Origin: Hormiphora californensis
Taxonomy: Eukaryota > Animalia > Ctenophora
Direction: 5' to 3'
Length of the DNA stretch: 64,000 bases
NCBI GenBank assembly: GCA_020137815.1
Contig: CM035352.1
Span: 3,844,001-3,908,000, forward strand
This document shows positions 36,284 to 56,437 of the stretch, in pieces. Under the pieces are notes generated by a model. The model made no database searches. It had not been told where the DNA came from and was given only the letters and a program-made list of their open reading frames with translations. How positions within the stretch are numbered: the first letter of the stretch is position 1; every line of letters starts with the position of its first letter. Both the position numbers and the translations under genes were made by a program.

Positions 36284-38289
36284 TTAACCGCATGTAGTGG
36301 CACAGTTATGGAATACGGTGCAGGGAAATACTGAGTTGGTAGTTTCAGAAACTCCTAGTCCGTGTAGCTGATCCACTATGCAGTATTATACCAGTAGCGG
36401 ATAGGATAAATTGATATTAAATCGGTGTCACCAATTATTCCAGTTGTTCCATGTATCAATTGTAGCACTATAAGTCTCGATGGGAAACTACAGCAGCTTC
36501 GTCTCCAGTCGCCTGAAAGAATGAGGTTGTTTAGCTTTTCTAGAGCACTTTAGATTTTACTAGGGGAGAGAAATAGGGTCGTAAAAGAGGTGGTTTTATG
36601 GTTTGGGACGAAATTTATTGAAAATATTAGGATGATGATGGTATTGCAAAGAGAAAGAGTTGCGGCATCGCGGGTATTCCGTTTACGACTAAGTAACTAA
36701 GTAGCTACTGCAGTATTACAGTATTAACGTTGGTAGGAGACTGCACCCTTCTCAGTTCTCTAGTTCTCTCCGACTAGAACCTGGTACCAGATAGAACAAA
36801 CTCTTCCTCAATCTGTCACAAGAACACTAACAAACAGGGCTCTCAGAGATCACTAGAACACTAACAAACAGGGCTCTCAGAGATCAGTAAATTCTGGGTA
36901 TATGATTCATATGACACTTGTCTGGCGGCGCAAACCCTATCTTAGCCTTGCTCCACCCTCTCTCTGAACAAACCAACCCTATAGCTGTGATCAGTGATGC
37001 TGGAATTTAGTGGAATACAGTTTTCCGGTCGTTACGTCAGTACGCCCAGTTCAGATATAGGGTCATGCAGGAATTGGTACATATAAGTTTGAAACAGGAA
37101 ACATGACAAGGTCCTGCTGTCAGGTCCTGCTCTCCTGGTGACATGCCAATGCTCTGACAGGGGTCCTGTCTTATTGCACCAGAGCTTAGACATAGACCGA
37201 CACACACGGTGTCCTGGAAGGAGGTTTTACCTCGCCTAGAATGACATTGTGCACAATAACAAAAGAGCAGTGGGGTTAAAATAATTAACTTTATGACTGA
37301 AGTTGCCTTGCTCGACCCTGTTTCACCAAACCATTAGTAACAACCTCAGATTCACCAAAATAAGTAAAAAATCTGCCGATCGTTTTGGTAAGTTTCCCCA
37401 GGATCCCATCATTACATTTTCCAGGGCATTCTAGAACAAGTTCGTAACCAGGGGATGCATTAATTTCCGTGTTTTGAGCATGTGTCAAGCACTGCAGCCC
37501 CCTGATCAGTGCTACTAACACGATCCCCCCACGCACTCACTCATCATTGGTTGGAGTTCACCGCTGTTAAAAACGAGCTTGTCGGTCCGGCTAGTACTAC
37601 TCGTTGTTAAGCGACATGAATGCAGCTCAACCCTCGCGCTCAATATAAATCACGTGATCACAGAGCCTTCTCATTGGTCCAACTCCGCTAGATAACTTGG
37701 ATCCAGTCTCCTTCCCTTACTATAATATATGCAGGTAGAGTAGAAGGATAAAATGTTTCCCAGAGCTGCTAGAGTTCTAGTGATTTCAAACACGCTACGA
37801 AAACTAAGATTGGGGACAAATTGGGCACCTAGTCATGGTATTTGAGGTGTAATTTGTCCCTGTACGAGACAGAGAAATATCACTCATTTTGTGATAAATC
37901 ACACAATCCAGAGTCCAGGAATTGCAAATAAGTTCGGGAATGAAACCTGTACCTGGGATGATTTTATGCAGTACATGCTCAATCTTAGCTTGCAAACCAT
38001 TTGAATAACTATCACACGAATAAAACAACGCATAAAGAATACCAGAGTGTTACCGAACAGTATAACTATAGCTATTGCATCAATTTGTATGGAAACGAAA
38101 ACTTCTGGTAACCAATTAAGCGTCTGGTAACCAAAACGTCTGGTAACCAAAACGTTTGGTAACCAAAACGTCTGATAACCAAAATGTTACCCGATAACCG
38201 ACAAACTCCAACCTAACGTGAACAACATTCTGGCGGTGCAGAAAGAGAGAAATGGACAGTTGGAGATTGTTTCAATGGGTCCTGTTCTT

Positions 38290-44800
<6,511 letters not shown>

Positions 44801-46361
44801 TGAGAAAGGACTAGGCCTTACTGGACGATGCAGGGGGTACCCTGCGTCGTCGACGCAAGTAGTTACAGTTGAGGGGGACAGCGAAAGTGCACGTGTTGGG
44901 ATGAAGTATGTAGGGAGTATTAAGGTCTGGAGGACAAGAGCCCTGGTGGGCGCCCCGTTGCCAGCAATTCGGTCGATATGGATAAGGCGTCACTTTCATG
45001 GATAGGCAGCGAGAACGGGTTTTTTTGTCCTTGCTTTCGAGCTGCAAGGGTCGTCCTGAAGAATAGGCGCTGCGGGGGCCTTAAGAGTTGTCCTGAGTTA
45101 TTCTGAGAGAAGGAGCGATATTACGAGAGGAGAGAAGAAAATAACGAGAGGGAGATTCGTGTTCCCGGCGCGTCCGACGCATGGGGAGAATTGTGACAGA
45201 GAGAAGTGTCTTTGAGGGGTCTGAGCGAGAAGGAGCAAGTGAATGAGCCGACCTGAGAATAGGGAAAGAAGCGAGCGCGGACGTGAGAAGACAGGGACCA
45301 ACCGGAGAAGTCGCGGATTGTAATGGTCCGACGAAGGCTAGAGAAAAGAGGAAGAGAGAGTTGAGAAAAAGACAGAAGAGAAAGAAGGAGAAGTGGAGCA
45401 AAAGGTTTGTGAGATATTGAGAATCGAGAAGTCGAGAGAGAGGAGAAAGGAGAGGGAATTATCAATTAAACTATAAAACAGGAGAGATGGTAGATGGTAG
45501 ATAGTGGGAGAGATGGTAAAGAGAGGTGGACATCGATAAAAGAGAGGTGAGAATTATAAACAGGAGATAAATGTAGTGGACCAGAGCAGGACGCGTGTCT
45601 ATTATAATTGCCAACACTTGTGTCCACATGTTCTAAGTATCATCCCTCTCTTAAAGCTAGCCTCTATCATTTTATCTTCCCCCTTTTCCTTTTCATTTAT
45701 ATACATTCAGTAAAGCTTTACTTTAGACACATCTCTTAAAATGATGTAACTTAACTTTAACTTAAAATGATATAATTGTTATAAAGTGGCTACGAACTTT
45801 TTGCCTAACAGTCTCAGCCTCATTACACGCACTATTGTGTAATATTTCCTACCTCTCTATAATTCCCTGGCCATGATTCAATTCTTTACATACGTCCCAG
45901 GACGTGAAACATTGTTTGTCGTAGGCCTCCTTTCTCTCTCTCTCTCTTCCTGCCCCTCTCTCTCTCTCACACACACACATGTTCATCATTATATTTATCT
46001 CTCTTTTTTTTGCTTACTTGCCTCATGGACCTGTGTAAATATTTAGTTTCAAAGTGCTTTACATGAGTTGTAGCTTCCAATCGCGTACCTCCTCCTACAA
46101 TGCTTCACACTGTGTTTTCCAAGCTGTTTTACTTCTATTTCCTGGTTCATTTCATAGTCAAGGCATATGATGTTATATTTTCCTTCATTTCAAACAACTT
46201 GAGCTGAACTTTTAGTCCTTTTGTCTTTCTAAAGTAAAAGCGAAACACGAACTGGCTGGGTGTTGCGTGAGATCGTTATGTGCAATGAATGTGAGACCAG
46301 TTGGTTGCAGTCAGTTTGTTTCGCTTTCACCTTAATACAACTTTTGTGTAATTATCTAGCA

Positions 46362-47585
46362 ATGAAAGTTTTAACAACGTTGTTGTTTCTGGCAGCTTGT
46401 TTGTACCTTGGAAGTACTTCATCAAGTAAGTTAAACAACTTATCCCTAAAATTTTTCAGACAGTCAAGTTGGTTTTACAACAACGATTAATTCCTCTCTA
46501 TTCCCATAGTTTTTGGAGACCCAGCGATTGATGGAGCATCGGGAACGATTGACTCAAAAACTACCCTCAACAACCCTCTTTTAGATACCGATAAAATCGT
46601 GATCACAATTACAGGTACATAATACTAACACAGACTTGGAATATTAGTGAGCATGTTTGCAGTGTCTAAAATCATGTTTCATAGGAAAGACAACCAGTTC
46701 CTCTTTCTCGTTTTACTTTTGGATTGGAACCGATTTAATCACGACAAATGGTGCTAACTCAGACAACACCTGTAGTGCTGGAACAACAAAGGCGTACAAA
46801 ACACAAGTCCAAGCAGTTCAGTTTGATTCGTGGATCTGTAACTCAAACTTAGCAAGTAAGGAACTTGGGGTTTGTATTATTTTCCTAATCTTCTAAAGTG
46901 CCTCGGAAAACCAAATAAAAATATGGCCAAAAGTCATTTCCCCTAGGACCGGGAGTGGGCCATAAATCTGTATTTCCCTATCTTACACAATCTGTCAGGC
47001 CACAGGGAAATGATACACAATTCTTGCAGGTGGAACACAAAAACAGTTTTCTGAAGACCAAAAGCCTATTTTTCAACAATATGGTGTTGATGTTGAAATA
47101 TTTTTTATCATCAAAGATGGATCATTTACTCTGAAAGCCAAAGCATCCAAAGGTAAACTAAAGTATTCGAGTAACTAAAATGCAAAAGAAAACAAACAGC
47201 CAAACACAGCACTTTACTAATCGACTACACCATAGATGATGAGGCCGCTACAGTGACATGGACTAAATCATCTACTGCCTTATATATGGAGGGTTTCGCA
47301 GGAAAAACTCTAACAGTAAGTCTTATAATGTGTCATGTGAATTAGTGTCTACTAAATCTTCAACTTCAAAAAATCATGACATTATCATTGTGTCACTTAG
47401 ATACAATAGCAGCTACCCAAGTTCCAAGATGATTTATAGAACATACTTTGTTTCAGTTCTTCTATCAGTCAACTGGTATGACGATTACTGGACTATCTGG
47501 GACGGCTCCAGGAGAGGACTCCAACGAGTTCAATGCGGGTAAAAACAAAATGTGGTTTCTAGCAACCATAAGTGACGGGGGGTGA
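46362..47585 (+). CDS. Secreted Ser/Thr-rich beta-strand protein, tandem copy 1
   Basis: Six exons; signal peptide MKVLTTLLFLAACLYLG; FSFYFWIG, two Cys, IKDGSFTL; exon structure shared with copies 2 and 3; final exon end uncertain. Confidence 0.75.
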
Positions 47586-48650
47586 GGGAAACGAAAGGAA
47601 GAGGGGGAATTGTTGGTGAGACAAGGGGAACCGGGAATAAGAGACACCTTCCTCGCCGGTACTTATGGGTATCTTTGTATCTTTATTTCATAGCTTACTC
47701 CGCTCGCATTTCTGTCCCGCGTTTCTATTTTATACACTTCCTTTGCAGCTCGTTCGCAGTACTCCCTTCCGGATGCTGGGCGGTGTTGGAGGGGCAGAGA
47801 AGAGGGGAGACCGAGAAAGGAAGAGACGAGAGGTATCTTGTATGAGAGGGGAGGTCGATCGACTACAATACATAAGGACAATTGTCGAATGAAAGGAAAC
47901 GCCGAGAGAGAGAGCAGACAGCACATGAGAGCACGCAGACTCACAGGAGACAACAGGAGAGCTCCTCCATCCACAGTAGAGAAGCGTATTAAGACGGGTG
48001 AAAGAGCTGGCAAAAGCGGACTTTTTCAATTTATTTAGTGCGAAAATTTGAGTAGAGAGGAGTAGAGAAGGTAAGAGAGAGCGAGAAGAGAGAGAGAGAG
48101 AGAGAAGAGAGAGGCATCAGAGAGAGGGCATCGAGCCCTCTACGCAGGGAATAGAGTAGAGACGAGAGAGAGGGAGAGAGAGGAGAGGAAGAACGAGAGA
48201 GAGCGAGGAGAACGATGAGGAGCGAGGAGAGAGAGAGAGAGAGAGGCTGCGAGAGAGAGAGAGAGCAGAGAGAGAGAGAGAGAGAGAGAGCGAGGAAGAG
48301 AGCGAGAGAAGAGAGAGAGAGCGAGAGAGAGCAGCGAGAGAGATGGAGAGAGCGCTCGAGCTAGGATCGATCTAGAGAGCTCTCGAAAGGAGCACGGGGA
48401 GCGCGAGGCCCGCGACGACTAAAGGTGCGCGAGATCGAGAGCCGAGCGATGGAGAGATAGAGAGAGAGCGAGATCAGATAGGAGGAGCGAGAGCGCTAGC
48501 GACTGATCTCTCTATATTCGCTAGCTCTCTCTATCGTCTCTCGCCTCTCTATATATATCGATCTCTATCTATCTCTAATAGACTCTCTCTCTATCTCTCC
48601 CCCCTTAATGAATTATTTATCTCTCTTTTTATTTTTGCATTCGACTAGCG

Positions 48651-49726
48651 ATGAAAGTTTTAACAACGTTGTTGTTTCTGGTAGCTGGTTTGTACCTTGG
48701 AAGTACATCATCAAGTAAGTTAAACAATACATCCCTAATTTTTTCAAGCTATCAACTAAGTTAGTTTTCAAATTTAACAACTAGTTCTTCCTATAACCTT
48801 ATTCCCATAGTTTTTGGAGACCAAACGATCAATGAAGCATCGGGAACAGTTAACTCAGTTTCCACCCTCGACTCACCTCTTAGTGATGAAATCGTAATCA
48901 CAGTTACAGGTAACTAACAACATTTCGGCATATATGCTGGCTGTCCAAGGACTTTAACTTATATTTCAAAAAGTCAGTAAATTTAGATTTTTCACCGTTA
49001 ACCAATTTACAGGACAAACTACTCATGCTTCATTTTTTCTGTATTTCTGGGTTGGACATACTCTTGGAAGTGGTTCTGCATCGAATAACCTCTGTACTGG
49101 ATCAACAAAAGCGTATCAAATAAAATTACAACAAATTCAATTCGATAGATGGATCTGTGACACATCACTGGGAGGTACGAATACCTTAAAAAACAGTTTC
49201 ATATCAAAATCATCGTCTTGTCAATGTCACGATAAGGTACACATTTTCCTAAGGTGGGACAACTGATGCGTTTAGCCCAAACGAAAGAACAGCGTTCCAA
49301 CAAGCGGATTCTACCATTACCACAACATTAACAATCAAAGATGGATCGTTTTCTCTTAGCGCAACGGCATCAAAAGGTAAACCCATTTACTTGATAGTAA
49401 CATAGATGACATCTTTTATATTACTATCCATTGTGTTTATACACTAGTTTACTTATCGACTTAATTACAGATGATTCAGTGACTACAGTGGTATGGGGAG
49501 GATCTAAAGATTCTACTTTGGACCTGGCAGATTTCGCAGGAGAAACATTAACGGTAAGCAACATAATCAACTAGACTTTTTAATTGTTTTCTTCAGTGTA
49601 AAAATACTATTCTCGTTTCAGTTGTCTTATCAGTCATCTGGTATGTCCGTTACTGGAATATCTGGGACGGCTCCAGGAGAGGACTCTAACGAGTTCAATG
49701 CGGGTAAAAACAAAATAAAGTTCTAA
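48651..49726 (+). CDS. Secreted beta-strand protein, tandem copy 2
   Basis: Same six-exon structure, apparently intact. Confidence 0.75.
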
Positions 49727-50600
49727 GAAAACAAAACCAAGGCTTGGGTGAAAGAAATTAAGTGGGGGCCGGTAAAATTTACCTTGACTCAGATATCCGA
49801 ATATCAACACCCTAGTACTGCGAAAATCGTGATGGTTCCGGTAAATTCCCTCTAAACTCAGATATTAATTTGAATACGAAGTCATCCCTTTTATTGCATA
49901 CAGGGGTTACAATAACGCCTACCCTAAAATGACCATTTTCAAGATGTTCTCATGACAAAAAAATCAAAAACGTGTCTAAAACGTGTCTAAGACTTATCGT
50001 ACTAGTTTTTATTGTAACCAGGACCTGCATTCTACAGAAAGTAGCGATTCCATCACATGTTTAACAACAAAGTTGTATCACATTCCTCCATAAAATTGCT
50101 ATTTCACGGCATTTTGTGGAATTTTCTCTGATAAGACTATAGCTTAGTTATCAATGAATCCACCTCTAATACCTTTGGAATGGCATTTTGCACATTTCTG
50201 AAACTTTTTGTAGCCAAATTCCGGCATCTTCGTAGTTTTCCAAACACAAAAGCAGTGTTAATGGCCAGAAAATCAAAAAATTCTGGTATATATTGGTAGC
50301 TCAGACAATTTCCTCGGTATGTTCAAAAAATTAGAACTTTCTGATATGTGGTTTGGACACAGGAATTTTTTTCCTGTTGCAAGAGCGGTATTATTAACCC
50401 TCCATGAGCAATAATAACAGAGGGGTAATTTCATCACAAGATATTTATTGTGTACGAAATATCTTAGCAACTTGATTTCCCCCTACTGTGAAAAGTGGAT
50501 AAATAGGGGTTTGACTATTGGATTTTTTGAATGAGGAATCTATAAACAGTATTAATTTCTAATGTCCTGTCCCGCTTTATTTCTTCTTTTTCTGCATTAT

Positions 50601-50635
<35 letters not shown>

Positions 50636-50670
50636 GAGTGAGAGAGAGAGAAAGAGAGAGAGAGAGAGAA

Positions 50671-50819
<149 letters not shown>

Positions 50820-51477
50820 AGGGGGACAGAGAGGGAGAAAGAGAGAAAGAAAGCGAGGACAGAGAGAAAGAGACACACAGAGACACACAGAGACACACAG
50901 ACAATGAATGAAAAAGGAATTTAAGGATGAGGCGAAGCATCTGATTGATATTGCATATTGCTCCCACTAACAACTTTTTTGCCTAAATTACAAAAAAGTC
51001 TAAGAGAGAGGGAGCGAGAGAGGGAGCGAGTCGTTAGTGGTTAAGGACGAGCATATAGCTCTAGTTATCTATAAACACCACACCAGAGATAAAAGGATGA
51101 GACGAAGCATCGTCGGTGTCGGCCTCAACGATGCTGCTTTCCATCTTTTTACTCTCTCCATCGTCTTTATACAGAGCTCCGTGCCATTCGTCTCTCCAAC
51201 CTCGTGACGAACGGGGATCGTTGCGACGTTGCATTGCTGCTGATAACTCCGATAAACGGTTGTTATACAATCCATATTACATCCCTCTCTACTTGACTTA
51301 GTTTGCCAAAATTGCGAAAAATTTATCAAATGGATAAAGGACACCCTGAGGGGTTGTTTTTCCGATATCTTTTTTTGGAATAATGGAATAGGACAGAGAG
51401 AAAGAGAGATCGACTTATGAATCAACTATAGGGCTTATCTATAATACCGTTTTAGAGATAATTGAACTCAAATGAAG

Positions 51478-52161
51478 TATGAACGTTTGTAGACTGGCGC
51501 GTTATGAAGTTGGCTGTTCCCAGCGCGAGCTGGGGACAGCCAACTGGAGTTTAATCGCCCGGCAGGGCGATTAAACTGGTTTAAATCCCGACTCCGATCC
51601 CGAGGCGCCAGCCGAGGGTGAGGGGGAGGTGATTTAAACCTATAACGCGATAGGCTAACAAACGTTCATATTTTATGAAACCCGATAGTAATTACACACA
51701 AATAAGAGACACAACACAAGGTGAAACACACTAGAACTGCTGGTAAATAGTCAACAGATACCCTGAAAATGTGTGTAGACTTAGTGTCTACTGTTCCTAA
51801 CATGTTTGAGAAAGAGAGAGAAAGATTAGGGGCAATACACACTGTCAGAGGTAGTGAACAGTAAAAGAGACAATGAGAGAGAGAAATGAATGGAATGTGA
51901 TTTTTTTCACTCCTTATGAGAGAGATAACATTGAAATGTGTTGCAGACATGTTTCCCCTTTCTTTTGTTGACAGAACTGTGTGTTTACACACATTTTCAA
52001 TACTTAGAATTTTACACGCATGTTATTCAAATGAAGAGAAACGCGTGAAAAAGGACACTGGCCTGATAAATCGCGAGCAGGGTGTTAAATCCCCCAGCTA
52101 GCAGTTATCATGAGCGCGCAAAATCTTCAAACGACTGATAAATCAACTATCGGGTTTCATA
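51478..52161 (-). mobile_element. Cloverleaf element B
   Basis: Branched hairpin 51478-51670; IR TATGAAACCCGATAGT (51674) and ACTATCGGGTTTCATA (52146); body is a diverged homolog of ~25950-26300. Confidence 0.65.
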
Positions 52162-52498
52162 TTAGCTTGTTTTGTGCAATTTCCCATTCCTGAGCCCTGA
52201 GGCTCTGGCCCGTAACTGGTCTGCTCTGCACACCTATTATGATTAAGTAGAAACTTTTGTTATCGAGCTCAGAAACTCAGAATCACACTAGACACATCGG
52301 AAGAGATATATGTTAGAGCTCTGAGATATTTAGACCTATTATAGGCGTTGGTATGATCTTGTATAAATTCCACGTTCGGTTTTGTGCTCTATAAATATTT
52401 TATTATTTTTGTAGTTTATCCAGCGATGAAAGTTTTAACAAAGTTGTTGTTTCTGGCAGCTACATCGTACCTTGGAAGTACTTCATCAAGTAAGTTAA

Positions 52499-52967
52499 AG
52501 TGAGAGTGGACCGAATCAGAATTGGACAAGTTTGTTGTAGGTAGTAGAGATTAGCTCTCTGAGCATAATGCGTTTTTGCCGCTCAAAATCGACCCACCCA
52601 TCACTGAGATATTTTTGTTATGTTGGGAGAACTCCTGTTTAATCAGTATGTAAAAAACAGCATATAAACAATCGTCATGTTTTCCTAACACATTCTGAAT
52701 ATAAGTAGTGAGGTTGACATGTTCATGCACAGAAGCAGAACAATGCAAGTTAGCATATTGTAAATTTAAAGAATGTGTTAGTAAAACACAAGGATTGTTT
52801 CTATCCTGTTTGTTAAATATTGATCCAGCAGAAGTTCTCCCAACATAACAAAAATATCTCAGTGATGAGTGGGTCGATTTTGAGCGGCAAAAACGCAAAA
52901 TGCTCAGAAAGCTAATCTCTACCTCCTACACCAAACTTGTCCAATTATGATTCGGTCCACTCTCACT
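52499..52967. mobile_element. Kolobok-type MITE
   Basis: TTAA TSD, AG...CT termini, ~125-bp TIRs; empty site GTAAGTTAAACAA in copies 1 and 2. Confidence 0.85.
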
Positions 52968-53602
52968 TTAAACAACATTGCATCTATTTTTTTTTCAGGC
53001 AATCAACAGCTAAGATAGTTTTTACATTACAATCAACTTCTTTTTATCAATCCCATAGTTTTTGGAGACCAAACGATCGATGAAGCATCGGGAACAGTTT
53101 ACTCTGTTTCCACCCTCGACTCACCTCTTAGCGATGAAATCGTAATCACAATTACAGGTAGGAGACAAACATCTCATTTCGGCATATATGTACCATGCTG
53201 GCTGTTCAAGGATGAAGAACGTATTTCAAAAAGCCAGTACATTGAGTTTTTTCACCATTCACCAATTTACAGGACAAACTACTTCTTCTTCATTTTCAAT
53301 CTACTTCTGGGTTGGACATTCTCTTGGAAGTGGTTCTGCATCATCGACTAGTGCCTGTATTCCATCAACAAAAGGGTATCGAATAAGAGTGCAACCGTCT
53401 GCATTTGATATATGGATCTGTGACATACATCTGGGAGGTACGAATACCTTTGAAAAAAACTAGTTTAATATCATAATCATCGTCTTGCCAATGTCACAAT
53501 AACTAAGGTACACATTTTCTTAAGCTGGGACAAATTATGCGTTTGGCACAAACGAAAGAACAGCGTTCGAACAAGCGGGTTCTACCATCACCACAACATT
53601 AA

Positions 53603-55169
53603 GGGTACACCTCGGCAAAATTTTTGTCGAGTGCCCGCTTAGCTCTCAATATGGGGTTGTAGGGCATACCAAGCCGACCTCAAATATGCAATTTTAGCCC
53701 TTAACTCGAATTCATATTTTTGCTACAGCCCCTCAAAGTTTGACCCTAAAAACCGGTTTTTAAGGTCCCTAAATTTTATTTTTAGGGCTAGAAAGCTGAA
53801 AATTTAGGGATTCATAGAGGATACCAAGGTGTATAGCTCAAACAGAAATTTTTTGAAATGGAGCTCAATTTTTTGTCTGAGACTATTTTACTTTTTTTGA
53901 CTTTGATGCCATATTTGGACATGTTCCTATGGACCGTTAAGGCTAAAAATTGGATATTTGGTGCTCCTAACAATTGTCAAAGTAGCCACAAATTTTCAGG
54001 AGGTCCGAATTTGAAATGTGGCCTACAGGTTTCTTTTTGTAAAGCACATATTTTAGGAAAACTTAAAATGGCTATATCTCAAAAACGGTAGGTCCTAGCG
54101 ATCTAATTTTGTGCTAAATCGATTCAGCGGGTCCGATTTTGGGGGGGTCGTCTCTTAGACATTTTGCTCTAAGTCTAACCGTTTTTTCAGAAATCGTATT
54201 TTAAGATTTGAACATATTTAGCAGAAATAGGTAAGATTAGCTCTAGCTAGAAGCATTTCTGCTAAACATGTACAAACCTTAAAATACGATTTCTGAAAAA
54301 ACGGTTAGACTTAGAGCAAAATGTCTAACACGGCGTCATACACATTTTTATTTGGAATTTCTATCTGGGATTTCTATTTGGAGTTTCTATCTGGAAGAAC
54401 CGCACGTGCAGATGCGCCGCGCCTCTGCTCAAATTCACGTGCGAGATTAAAGAGAGAGACGCACATTAACGTTGTACGTTTGTCTCTCACTCTCTCTTGA
54501 AAACCCGCACGTGCAGATGCGCCGCGCCGCGGCTCAAATTCACGTGCGTGTTATACAGATTCTGACAGAAAATACGAGCACAAAATTCCATATAAAAATG
54601 TGTATGACGGACTGTTAGAGACGACCCCCCCAAAATCGGACCCGCTGAATCGATTTAGCACAAAATTAGATCGCTAGGACCTACCGTTTTTGAGATATAG
54701 CCATTTTAAGTTTTTCTAAAATATGTGCTTTACAAAAAGAAACCTGTAGGCCACATTTCAAATTCGGACCTCCTGAAAATTTGTGGCTACTTTGACAATT
54801 GTTAGGAGCACCAAATATCCAATTTTTAGCCTTAACGGTCCATAGGAACATGTCCAAATATGGCCTCAAAGTCAAAAAAAGTAAAATAGTCTCAGACAAA
54901 AAATTGAGCTCCATTTCAAAAAATTTCTGTTTGAGCTATACACCTTGGTATCCTCTATGAATCCCTAAATTTTCAGCTTTCTAGCCCTAAAAATAAAATT
55001 TAGGGACCTTAAAAACCGGTTTTTAGGGTCAAACTTTGAGGGGCTGTAGCAAAAATATGAATTCGAGTTAAGGGCTAAAATTGCATATTTGAGGTCGGCT
55101 TGGTATGCCCTACAACCCCATATGGAGAGCTAAGCGGGCACTCGACAAAAATTTTGCCGAGGTGTACCC
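53603..55169. mobile_element. Kolobok-type foldback element
   Basis: TTAA TSD (53599-53602, 55170-55173); GG...CC termini; ~630-bp near-identical arms; empty site in copy 2. Confidence 0.88.
54329..54614. mobile_element. Nested PIF/Harbinger-like MITE
   Basis: TIR core CGTCATACACATTTTTAT; flanked by TAA/TTA; the other Kolobok arm shows the empty site. Confidence 0.7.
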
Positions 55170-55288
55170 TTAACAATCAAAGATGGATCGTTTTCTCTTA
55201 GCGCTACGGCATCAAAAGGTAAACCCATTTACTTGATAGTAACATAGATGACATCTTTTATATTACTATCCATTGTGTTAATACACTA

Positions 55289-55485
55289 TACTCCCTGGAA
55301 AATTACTAAGGCGGATCGAAATGCCCGTTGCGGAATTTGGAGCATGGTACATTCCGCCCGCCCTATGGGGTTCACTATCCAATTGTAGCATAAAATCACG
55401 TGCAACGTGCATTTCCTGCTTGCTAGGCTCTTGAAACTACCGGTAACGCACACAACGGTCCGTCTTATCCATATTCTGTGGACTA
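55289..55485. mobile_element. Degenerate TA-target MITE
   Basis: Absent from the equivalent intron of copy 2 (ACACTAGTTT); TACTCCCTGGAA...TTCTGTGGACTA. Confidence 0.6.
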
Positions 55486-56437
55486 TAGTTTACTAATCGA
55501 CTTACCCACAGATGGTTCAGTGACTACAGCGGCTTGGGGAGGATCTAAAGCTTCTTCTTTGGACCTGGCAGATTTCGCAGGAGAAACATTAACGGTAAGC
55601 AACACAATCAACGAGACTTTTTAATTGTTTTCTTCAGTGTAAAAATATTATCCTCGTTTCAGTTGTCCTATCAGTCCTCTGATATGTCCGTTACTGGAAT
55701 TTCTGGGACTGCAGGAGTCTCGACCGAGTTCAATGCGGGTAAAAACAAAATGTGGTTCTAAGCAACCATTAAGGCTTGGGTGAACGAAATTAAGTGGGGG
55801 GCCGATAAAATTTACCTTGACTCAGATATATGATATTGTGTCTACTGTCTGTGCTCTGTAAGAAATATATTGGAAACTTGATTCCTCCTACTACGAAGAA
55901 TGCTGGTTCCCGTACATAGTTCATTTTCAGTGCCTTATCCTGGTAGTGTTTTATCTACCGAACCCTCACTCAAGGTATTATTCTGCAGTAATCTGCTGCA
56001 GCAATCTGTTTTTTCTAGTCTTCTTCTGTCCTACTTTCTTTTTCTGCGTTATTTTTCATTCTTCCACTCCTTCCGAACAGATAACCACACAAGACTAGAT
56101 AGTAACCCGCCCTCCTCTTATCGATGAATTATTTAAAGATTCGATATATAATTTATTTTCAAATAAATTGGGCTGTTCAAGACGAATTTAAAAAGTCTGT
56201 AAGTGGGACTAAGCTGCTACCTTCCAGTTCGGTGCACCACGAATAGCAAAGGTATTAGCATCATATTCAAGAACATGCATAATAATTGCTTTCTCATAGT
56301 GTCTACTTTCGAGCTAATTCCGATATAATTCCAAAGTTGCCATGGTGACTAAAAAGTTATCTTATGAAACCCTTTTAACGTCACAAGATCATGCATGCTA
56401 AGGCTTTTCAAATACTTTGTTATTTCACTTCTTGGAT

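Larger units (their letters stand above)
52426..55761 (+). pseudogene. Secreted beta-strand protein, tandem copy 3, exon 4 interrupted by a Kolobok foldback
   Basis: Homologous exons; insertion at ACA TTAA CAATC introduces an in-frame stop. Confidence 0.7.

Noticed and set aside
36400-37546. Possible Ig-like secreted gene on the minus strand
   Set aside because: No in-frame ATG or consistent exon chain; one candidate exon contains a MITE remnant
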